This document shows, piece after piece, positions 24,712 to 33,698 of a stretch of DNA of 53,031 nucleotides (position 1 is the first letter of the stretch; every line of letters begins with the position of its first letter). The DNA lies in assembly GCA_023515795.1 (NCBI GenBank), contig JALGPX010000081.1, forward strand, positions 1 to 53,031. Reading direction: 5' to 3'. The position numbers and the translations under genes are program-made. The stretch comes from Amoeboaphelidium occidentale. Taxonomy: Eukaryota. The notes beneath the pieces were generated by a model. The model was not told the DNA's origin. It saw only the letters and a program-made list of their open reading frames with translations, and made no database searches.

Positions 24712-25587
24712 AGAGCAGAAATAAACTCTGTAAACTCTGATGAACTCAAATGCGAGTAAAGCATCTTCAAAGTACTTTCCGTCATCGTCGTCGTCATCGT
24801 CGTCGTCGTCGTCGTCATCGTCGTCATCATCTTACTCAAATCCTCAGTCTGCACAAATTCATATAAATCATTACTCTTTTGATAGAATTCACAATCCAAT
24901 AATTCATCCTTAACAGAATCCAGATAATCTTCATTAAAGTAATTCTCTATAATCAAAACAGGAAATGCATCCTTACAAGCCAACACGTTAATTCTAACAT
25001 CTTCTTCTTCTTCTTTTGTTATAATGAAATCTTTACAAGTGTTGTTACGGAATGCATCACGTATTAGAGTGACGTCATATTTAGCATTCTTCAAAGTATC
25101 CAAAGGAATATTTGAAAGTTGCATTCCTTCTATTCTTTTCTGTTGGTGATTGTTGATTCAGAGAGAAGAAAAAAAGGGAAAACAATTCTTCTTCTTCTTC
25201 TTGTTCTTGTTCTTGTTCTTCTTCTTCTTCTTCTCAAAACAAAATGGTGGTGGACATGAAAATTATTCTGTTGGGTGAATCGAATACTGGAAAGACTTNC
25301 TTCTTCTTCTTCTTTTGTTATAATGAAATCTTTACAAGTGTTGTTACGGAATGCATCGCGTATTAGAGTGACGTCATCTTTAGCATTCTTCAAAGTATCC
25401 AAAGGAATATTTGAAAGTTGCATTCCTTCTATTCTTTTCTGTTGGTGATTGTTGATTCAGAGAGAAGAAAAAAAGGAAAATCAATTCTTCTTCTTGTTCT
25501 TGTTCTTCTTCTTCTTCTTCTCAAAACAAAATGGTGGTGGACATGAAAATTATTCTGTTGGGTGAATCGAATACTGGAAAGACTTCT
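24712..25587. repeat. Duplicated copies of the OGFOD1 5' end / Rab24 start around single-n joins at 24711 and 25299 (probable alternate haplotypes)
   Basis: 24712-25298 repeats the sequence from 24143 onward; a third partial copy follows 25299. Copies differ by SNPs and repeat lengths. Confidence 0.85.
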
Positions 25588-26199
25588 CTAATGAAAAGAT
25601 ACATTCATGGCATATTCCAATTGTTGAATAATACAAAAACTACAATTGGCGCATCCTATCAGAGTGTAGACATTTCAATAACACCTTCAATGCAGAGATT
25701 ACGTGTTGGGATTTGGGATACTGCGGGTGCTGAACGCTTTTCTTCTCTGACACGTCATTATTACAGAGAATCTGATTTGGCTGTAATTTGTTTTGATTTG
25801 ATGGATACTAAGAATTTCTTTCAAGTTAATAAATGGATAGAAGAATTGACAGAAGTAGAACCAGAATGTTTGTTGGTATTGTGTGGAACCAAATGTGATG
25901 ATGGAGATCAAGAAGAAGATAAAAGTTTTTCCACAATGACAAATAGGAAACTTAAAAGAGTTCCTCAGAGTTACATTGAACAAGTCATGACTGAATGGGA
26001 TATTGAATTTTATTTAGAGACAAGTAGTAAGACAGGCGTTAATGTTGATGATTTATTCACACGCTCAGCACAAGTATGGTATGATCAGAAGGGAAGGTAT
26101 AATGATGTTATGAATCTACGCAAGAAATCTAAATTGGTATCACCAGAACAAAAGTCGCTTTTAGGAGTAGGAAGAAGAGGTTGTTATTGTGGTATTTAA
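25531..26199 (+). CDS. RAB24: Rab GTPase, Rab24-like
   Basis: GESNTGKT, TTIGAS, IWDTAGAERF (no catalytic Q), LCGTKCD in place of NKxD, ETSSKTG, C-terminal CYCGI. GTKxD and the non-Q switch II are Rab24 features. Confidence 0.75.
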   Translation: MVVDMKIILLGESNTGKTSLMKRYIHGIFQLLNNTKTTIGASYQSVDISITPSMQRLRVGIWDTAGAERFSSLTRHYYRESDLAVICFDLMDTKNFFQVNKWIEELTEVEPECLLVLCGTKCDDGDQEEDKSFSTMTNRKLKRVPQSYIEQVMTEWDIEFYLETSSKTGVNVDDLFTRSAQVWYDQKGRYNDVMNLRKKSKLVSPEQKSLLGVGRRGCYCGI

Positions 26200-26406
26200 T
26201 TATCATTATCATCATTATTATTATTATTATTATTATCATTCTTCTTCTTCTTCTTCTTGTTGTTGTTGTTGTTGTTGCTGTTTTTGACTCGTTGGCGTAG
26301 TTGTTCTAATTCTTCTCTTGTGAATACATCATCTTCACNCTAAATTGGTATCACCAGAACAAAAGTCGCTTTTAGGAGTAGGAAGAAGAGGTTGTTATTG
26401 TGGTAT

Positions 26407-27195
26407 TTAATTATCATTATCATCATCATTATAATTATTATCATTCTTCTTCTTCTTCTTCTTGTTGTTGTTGTTGTTGTTGTTGCTGTTTTTGACTCGT
26501 TGGCGTAGTTGTTCTAATTCTTCTCTTGTGAATACATCATCTTCACGTAAAGTGTTTCTGAGTTGGTCTGCTCTCCGTTTTGTTACTCCCATGAACCAAT
26601 ACTGCATTCCTATGGAGAATACTACGACTACTGCTAGAATTATACTATTGATCACTCTGTACTTTTGCAAATCTACTGCAGATTCTTTGAATTCTTCTTC
26701 CTTCGTAGTTGTTCCGTCGTAGTAGTATGCTCGCTGTCTTCTTCTGGCTTGTCTGTAAATATCATCATAATTGTAATTATATCGTGGTGGTGGTGGTGGT
26801 GGTGGTGGTGCATAGTTGGTGGAATATGATGGCTCGCTTGATTGGTTTGTGCCTCTGATGAATTCATCATATCCCTTCGTTTTAAGTGCACTCAATAGAA
26901 TACTTTTAGTTTCTCTGCTTTTTAATAAATCATAAGCCAATTGAATATCCTGGAATCTCTGTTTAGCTTCTTCTTTGTTTTTGGTACTACTACTACTACT
27001 ACTACTACTACTAGTGCAAGTGTCTGGATGATACTTCATGACACATTTCAAATATGCTTGTTTTAACTCCTTCTCTGATACATCTTCTCTTTCATTTGCT
27101 GCAATTTCCAGAATATCAAAGGGATTTCTCTTGGGCCATTCTATTCGTCCCCTGAAGGTGGAATAGAATCTTTTTAGAAGGAGTAAAGACGTCAT
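26407..27195 (-). CDS. J-domain (DnaJ) protein with C-terminal TM helix, probably mitochondrial
   Basis: NPFDILEI...LKQAYLKCVMKYHPD...RFQDIQLAYDLL; presequence-like MTSLLLLKRFYS; TM IILAVVVVFSIGM. Confidence 0.85.
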   Translation of the reverse strand: MTSLLLLKRFYSTFRGRIEWPKRNPFDILEIAANEREDVSEKELKQAYLKCVMKYHPDTCTSSSSSSSSSTKNKEEAKQRFQDIQLAYDLLKSRETKSILLSALKTKGYDEFIRGTNQSSEPSYSTNYAPPPPPPPPRYNYNYDDIYRQARRRQRAYYYDGTTTKEEEFKESAVDLQKYRVINSIILAVVVVFSIGMQYWFMGVTKRRADQLRNTLREDDVFTREELEQLRQRVKNSNNNNNNNKKKKKKNDNNYNDDDNDN

Positions 27196-27304
27196 CGCTG
27201 GCTGGTAAAAATTGTGATTGCAAAAAACATGTTTGTCGGCCAAACTGTGTATTTTCTATTCTCTAACCTCTTTCTTCTACTTCTACTTTTACTTTTAATG
27301 TAGC

Positions 27305-28953
27305 TCACATTGAGAACCCTTTGTTGTTGCTGCTGCTGCTGCTGCTACCAATACCATACTTGCTGTTTTCGAATGGCGTGTACAAATGCTTGCTACCATT
27401 TCCCAGTTGATCTTTTCTAGCTTGATGATGATGATGATGATGATCATTATTATTAATTCTTCTTCTTGTTGTTGGTAATTTTGTTGGTAATGGGAATGGT
27501 TCTTCCATGCCTTTCTTTGGTCCAGAAGAGTAGAATATTTTTGGTCTGTATGATTCTTCCTCAAACATTACAGTGGAATCACGAAACTTATCCACCAAAG
27601 CTTGCTTGCCCTGAATATTCGCATAAGTCAATTCACAAATTTTGTCAGAATTGAATAATTTCCATTTCTTACCGACAACTCTCAAAGCAAAACTAACTGC
27701 AGCTTTTGAAGGTTCAATGAAGTTAATGAATGCATAACCAACATTACACTTGTTCTTGAAATCCATACGCAAATAAACGAAATCATATGTTCCCTTGTGA
27801 CTTTCATCAACCATTTCTAGTAGCATCTTTTGTGTATACTTGTTTGGAATGTTCTTGATCATGAATGTAGTTCTAGTATCATGACCATTCATGATTCTGA
27901 ACAGATCGATAGCATTGCTAGAATGATCTTGCGTTTTAGAAGTTGTTGAAGGTGCAGTTGGGTTGTTTGGAGGCTGTTGCTGTTGCTGCTGCTGCTGCTG
28001 AAACTGATAATCAATCTTGTTCTCCTTCATTCTACCACCACGACCATTACCACTAGAAACAGATTGATCAAATGCTCTCTCAAAAGCTCGTGTTAAACCA
28101 AAAGCTGATGGAAAACCGTTGCTAAAATCATCCTGCAAAACGCACTCAAAATCATCGCCATCATCATTAGAAAATCCCGGAGGTACAGGGGGCTTCTGCT
28201 TGTTGCCAATAGTTACAATTGGCTGATCCCTTGGCGATGAGACTTTGCAAAACTTCTCTGTAACATCCTGTACATCTTGCCAACTGTGAACATACTTACA
28301 ACGAACCAAAGAACCACGCCAAACTTTACCACCAAGACTATCATGAGCCAAAACAGCATCGCGAATATCAAAAAATTCGCACAAGAGCAGCAACTGTGTT
28401 GGCGACGACTGAGTATTGGAGTATGGTGCCAATTGCCTAACTTCACCAAATGCTTTCAATAGTTTCTGTACATTCTCCATTGAAGAAGTACTACCAGTGC
28501 AACAACCATCAATAAGCAAACAATTACTACAACCACCAGAATCACTAGATTGAACCAAGCAATAACCATAATCATCATGACCACTTGTGTATGTCCCAGT
28601 CACACTTTCTGTACCAGAACCAGAACCAAAACCCAACCTTGCCATTCCCATAATCACCAACTGTTCTTTAACAAAACGCTGTGCATCCTTAACATTGTAG
28701 AATTCCAAAATATTCCCAATGGAATCAGCGAAATGCTGTTGTTTCACCAAAGCGCGCCATTCTGATTTATCATTCACTAAAATCAGTTAATTAGAGACAC
28801 AGATAAAACGATCTTACACAATTGTTCAATACTAAGCCCACCTCTTCTAAAAGTGTTTTTAATGTACACAAATCTGGTTGGCTTCTGAGGACAATTCAAA
28901 CTGAAATCCATCATTCTCAAAGGAGTGGATGAGTCTATAAAACCTGGAATCAT
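27305..28953 (-). CDS. mei2: Mei2-like meiotic RNA-binding protein (intron 28777-28817; start uncertain)
   Basis: Diagnostic C-terminal RRM DTRTTFMIKNIPNKYTQKML...YDFVYLRMDFKNKCNVGYAFINF...FNSDKICELTYANIQG; N-terminal RRMs (PTRFVYIKN, EFYNVKDA, EFFDIRDA); 41-nt GTAAGA...TAG intron. Confidence 0.9.
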
Positions 28954-29128
28954 TGTAATTCCTTTAAAGTAAGTCTCTCTCTACAAAAAGAAAGAATAGA
29001 AATCGAGAGTGCGGGTGTGCATAGGTAGAGTCTAGACCGTTGAGGGATCTACGAAATATTGTGTCGATCGAAGAGTCCAGACCAGTGAGCCAATCAACAA
29101 ACAAACAAACATTTCAAGAAGATAAACA

Positions 29129-29169
29129 ACGCGTGAATTTGCTCCTGAAGATTTCTCACAGTTACGCGT
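29129..29169. promoter_or_regulatory. Two ACGCGT (MCB-like) elements in the mei2-HOP1 divergent promoter
   Basis: ACGCGT at 29129-29134 and 29164-29169 within a ~280-bp intergenic region. Confidence 0.45.
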
Positions 29170-29235
29170 CAAAATTGTATAAATAGCAGAGTAGAAATTG
29201 TCATAATTTTTTTGCTCCAAAATCTGATATTAAGA

Positions 29236-31121
29236 ATGACTACAACAACAACTCTTTTAATTAAACAACAGAAACAGTTAAAACAACAACAACAACAACA
29301 ACAACAACACCAGAAACAGAAACAAATTCATTCCCTGCAACAAACAAAAGAAACACTTTTAAATTCTCTCTCTTCAATTTGTTATTTACGTGGATTATTC
29401 AAAGAAGAAGATTTCTACAATTCCACTTTGACTTCTGCTTCTTCTAAACAACAACAACAGAATAATTTAATTATAAAAAGATTATCTGAAAATACTACTT
29501 TAATGCAATGGATTCAAAAGGGTGTATTTGATGCTCTACAAAAAGGTTACTTGAAAACTTTGGTATTGGGAATATTCAAAGATTTAAAGAAACCAAATGA
29601 TTTGATTGAATCCTATACATTCCACTTCAATTATAAATGCAGTCAAGAAGAAGAAGAAGAAGAAGTTGTTACAATGACTCTAATGAATTCTTCTACTACT
29701 GAAAGGGAAATTACTTCACAAAAGAACATTCTAAGAACAATTCTCCTTCTGATTCAGACTTTGGATGATTTACCTGAAGAACGTTATCTGACTCTGAAAT
29801 TGCATTACTATGAAGACAGAACTCCTGTTGATTATGAACCAGAATACTTTCAACAGAGTGACTATGATGAGTCATTGTTCTATTTCTCTAATGATCCTGT
29901 GAAATTCAAATTGGGTTCAATGGAATCACATGGGCATTCTATAGAAGTGAGATTATTCTCGGTACAACAGAGAGAAATGAAAGAAGAGAGATGCCTTAGT
30001 GAAGAAGTTACAATCGGTGATTACTCAAATATCAGAAAATCTGCAGTGGTTTCGTTGAAGATTCAAAAGTCCAAATTATATCAATTGTTTCATCAGTACA
30101 GCTCTTCTTCTACTACTACTACTACTACTACTACAAATATGAAGGATGAAGAAGATTGTAAACCATTTAGATGTATTTGCAGATCAAATAGGAACTTATN
30201 TACTCAAATATCAGAAAATCTGCAGTGGTTTCGTTGAAGATTCAAAAGTCCAAATTATCTCAATTGTTTCATCAGAACAGCTCTTCTTCTTCTTCTACTA
30301 CTACTACTACTACTACAAATATGAAGGATGAAGAAGATTGTAAACCATTTAGATGTATTTGCAGATCAAATAGGAACTTATTGTCAAAGAAGAAGACTTC
30401 CACGATTACAGCAGCTGCTACTTCTGTTGTAAGAAAATGTTGTAAATGTCAAAAATATTCTCATTCAGTCTGTTCATTCCTGGTGGAAGATTTTACAACT
30501 ACTGCTAATGCTAACAATATGGAACAACAACAGTTTGAATGTGTTTATTGTAAATTCACTTCAAGGAAGAATTCTCAAAAGTTCAAAGATTGCAAGAAGG
30601 AATTGCAGCAGTTGGCTCTTATTAAACAAATTGTTGCGGTGATATTGGAAAGAGGATACAGAAATTTGTTTGTGTTGGTTCGGGAGTCACAGAAGGATAG
30701 AAAGACTTGTTTGTTTGTATTGGAAGAATTGAAACGAATGAATATTCTTCCAAAGAGCGAACAGGAGGATGGAAAAGAAAGATTATACATTAAAGAAGAA
30801 TCTGTAGAGTTTCTCTATTCAAGGAAAGCCATAGAAGACATAATTGCAGCATCATCAGTAAAATCTTCTGAGAAAAAGGAAGTTACAGAGAATCCAAACA
30901 ACAATACCTCCATTAATGTTGAGTCAATGTCTGTTCCATCTTTGGATCAATTATTGGAATTACAGGAACAGAAAATGAAGAAGAGGATTATGCTGCAGTG
31001 TGAAGATACACAAGAAACACTTCCATTAACTCCAATGAATACTCAACAACAACAACAACAACAACAATCTTTGAACAAGAAGAGGAAGGTTTCATTAATT
31101 GAAAAGTTTATCAAAGTCTGA
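29236..31121 (+). CDS. HOP1: Meiotic HORMA-domain axis protein Hop1 (HORMA + PHD + probable winged helix); interrupted by duplicated join at n30200
   Basis: SSICYLRGLFKEEDF, WIQKGVFDALQKGYL, ESYTFHFNY, QTLDDLPEERYLTLKLHYY...TPVDYEP; PHD CIC...CCKCQKYSHSVC...CVYC; C-terminal closure-motif-like KKRKVS. Confidence 0.9.
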
Positions 31122-31370
31122 AATAATTAATTTAATAAAAAGTTCTTGCTTCAATTCTTTCCGGCTGGAGTTGGATCAATGTTGGAGTTCTCTATTGCAG
31201 GTGGCGAGTACTGTGGCGGTGGTGAAGAAAAATCAACGACANCTTCCATTAACTCCAATGAATACTCAACAACAACAACAACAACAATCTTTGAACAAGA
31301 AGAGGAAGGTTTCATTAATTGAAAAGTTTATCAAAGTTTGAAATAATTAATTTAATAAAAAGTTCTTGCT

Positions 31371-32015
31371 TCAATTCTTTGCGGTTGGAGTTGGATCAAT
31401 GTTGGAGTTCTCTATTGCAGGTGGCGAGTACTGTGGCGGTGGTGAAGAAAAATCAACGACAACGTGTCTAGTTGCAGTTGCAGGTGCAGGGACAGAATTG
31501 TTGTTTCCTCGTCTCTTCATGCTCAAACTACTGATGGCCAAGAACGTGTTAAAACCAATTGCAATCTTGAAACCACCAACTACCAACACGATCAAACCAT
31601 ATGGCAGCAAAGTGATGATAAACAGTATTAAACAGAATATGCTTTCGCCTATCAATGTAAGCAACAAAAGTCCAGATGCAGACTGAAGAGGAGGCTGTTC
31701 GCTTTGAACAGCATTAATCGCTAAAACATACGAAATTATTGCGATAATATTCAATGCAAGAACATTAATCCCAACAACAATGCAGATGATCAGCACGATT
31801 ACCGATGCTACCAAACCAACTAGCGGTAACATCACTGCGGCTTTGTCAATAGACATGCCACAAATACGTTCTGAGTAACATTCTAGGCAAAATGATCCTT
31901 TTGAACCTTTACCGTCCTCTCTGTTGGTTGTAAGAGCGCTGCACCGGTTCACGCACGGTCCAGGAGGACTGCGAGTAGATGGTCGTTGTAGATGAGGGTT
32001 TTGAGGTGATGCCAT
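31371..32015 (-). CDS. Four-TM membrane protein, paralog 1 of a tandem trio
   Basis: Cys-containing N-terminus (CLECYSERICGMSI), four hydrophobic segments, PPPQY tail. Start taken at MASPQN. Confidence 0.7.
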   Translation of the reverse strand: MASPQNPHLQRPSTRSPPGPCVNRCSALTTNREDGKGSKGSFCLECYSERICGMSIDKAAVMLPLVGLVASVIVLIICIVVGINVLALNIIAIISYVLAINAVQSEQPPLQSASGLLLLTLIGESIFCLILFIITLLPYGLIVLVVGGFKIAIGFNTFLAISSLSMKRRGNNNSVPAPATATRHVVVDFSSPPPQYSPPAIENSNIDPTPTAKN

Positions 32016-32151
32016 CTGAATATCAAGATGCACAGTTGAAAAATACTCCGAATCATTCAGTCTATAGATCATTCATCAGGAACTCGACACCTGATTCGAT
32101 CCAAAAGTTGCAACATAAAATTCCGTTTATTTCGAAGCCCTTGCCATTGGT

Positions 32152-32787
32152 TTAAGCATATGGGGGTGGCTGTTGTTGTTGCTGCATAACTGAATTCTTT
32201 GCAACAACTGTTGGCAGTACACTCTGCACAATCAGCGCAGAGTTAATAGTATCCATTAATTCCTTTCCATAAGAATTCATTGTAGTAAAAGAATAGTATA
32301 ATAGAAAAGTACCAATTACTGCCAATACTAACGATAAAATCAAACGTTCAACCAATATCTGAAACACTGGAGAGACTTGACTGAGATTAACCCATGTAAT
32401 CAAAGCAATACCAATTATAACCGTATAAATGGTAGCAAGGATTGCAAATACCAAAAAAGTAATACCAATACCTTTTGTTAAACCAGGATTTCTAACATAT
32501 GTAGCATGCAATCCAATCATGTATAGGATAGCCAGAATGAAACCAGGCACAGCATCCACTACAGACAGTTGAAACAATTGAATGAACGAGAATACTATAA
32601 AGTATAGAATCCCAAATGAATTGATAAATATGCTACCATTCCTCAAAGGATAACCACAGCAAAATGTAGTATATGCGCAAGAATCGCAGCAACCACCTGA
32701 AGATCTCACGACAGAATGACCATTAGCATCAACGACAATCACCTGAACACCAGGTGGCGCACTAGCCTGAGGATACTGATTGTTCAT
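32152..32787 (-). CDS. Four-TM membrane protein (LAPTM/DUF4728-like layout), paralog 2
   Basis: ASAPP; GCCDSCAYTTFCCGYPLRNG; four TM segments; MNSYGKEL; C-terminal PPPY. Confidence 0.8.
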   Translation of the reverse strand: MNNQYPQASAPPGVQVIVVDANGHSVVRSSGGCCDSCAYTTFCCGYPLRNGSIFINSFGILYFIVFSFIQLFQLSVVDAVPGFILAILYMIGLHATYVRNPGLTKGIGITFLVFAILATIYTVIIGIALITWVNLSQVSPVFQILVERLILSLVLAVIGTFLLYYSFTTMNSYGKELMDTINSALIVQSVLPTVVAKNSVMQQQQQPPPYA

Positions 32788-32946
32788 TCAATTAGATTTA
32801 GAAAAAGTCAAGGATAATTTCGACATCATACGCCTGAATGACTAAAACTATAATTAGAATCCTCTCGATCGAATCAAACCACGCTAAAAACACAAATGAT
32901 TTTCCTAATAGATCCTTCTTGAAGAAACAGTCGTATATTAACCCCT

Positions 32947-33558
32947 TTAATGTTTGCGTACTTCTACCACAGTCGATAATCCACCATCCAACCCAGCAGC
33001 TCTCCGTGCATCCTGATCAAATATCTCTTTTGCATATGAATTTACCACAGAAAAGACTGTAATTAGTAAAGGACAAAGAATAAATGTCATTATAAAAACC
33101 GTCAACATATAATGAGCCCTATCAATAGCAGCTTGACCACCACCACCACCACCTTCAGAGAATCCAAATGTCAGAAATGCAGAAATCAGTGCCAATAACC
33201 CAGCATAACCCAAAGACAAAATACCAACCACCAGAGCAATTATACCAACAATCCTTAAACCCATAGAATTCCTACTAATTGCAGCAAAGTATAAGCCAAC
33301 ACTCAAAAGTATTAAAAGTAATATCCCTGGAACTACAAAAGGAACAAAGTTGGGATATGCGATACCCGATAGAATAGTATAAATCAGACAATAAACCCAT
33401 GCGACACCAAGAACAACAATTGAACCCAATCTCAAAGGCATACAATAACAGAATACCAAGCAAGCACAAGAATCACAGCAACCATAATTAGGCAATCTCA
33501 GAGAAATAATGATCTTCTCAGGAGCTAAAGGAGGAGCAGAAGGATTGACTGTAGTCAT
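32947..33558 (-). CDS. Four-TM membrane protein (LAPTM/DUF4728-like layout), paralog 3
   Basis: PSAPP; GCCDSCACLVFCYCMPLRLG; four TM segments; VNSYAKEI; clear similarity to paralog 2. Confidence 0.8.
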   Translation of the reverse strand: MTTVNPSAPPLAPEKIIISLRLPNYGCCDSCACLVFCYCMPLRLGSIVVLGVAWVYCLIYTILSGIAYPNFVPFVVPGILLLILLSVGLYFAAISRNSMGLRIVGIIALVVGILSLGYAGLLALISAFLTFGFSEGGGGGGQAAIDRAHYMLTVFIMTFILCPLLITVFSVVNSYAKEIFDQDARRAAGLDGGLSTVVEVRKH

Positions 33559-33601
33559 CTCTTAGATTTATAAATAGGATCATAGTTAAGAGAGGTGAAT
33601 G

Positions 33602-33627
33602 ACACACACACACACACACACACACAC
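33602..33627. repeat. (AC)13 microsatellite in a divergent intergenic gap
   Basis: Read directly from the sequence. Confidence 0.95.
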
Positions 33628-33698
33628 TCTATAAAGAATCTCCAATCATGCCAATCACAATCAAACACAAAAATCTTTCTCTTCTTTCTTTCCTAAAA

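Noticed and set aside
24143..25587. Apparent tandem triplication of the OGFOD1 N-terminus (ORFs 24582-25124 and 25130-25423)
   Set aside because: Each copy starts or ends exactly at a single n and is nearly identical; this is best explained as a scaffolding or haplotype artefact, not paralogs.
30022..30380. Apparent frameshift or split of HOP1 into two ORFs
   Set aside because: Caused by the n at 30200 and the duplicated overlap; collapsing it gives one reading frame.
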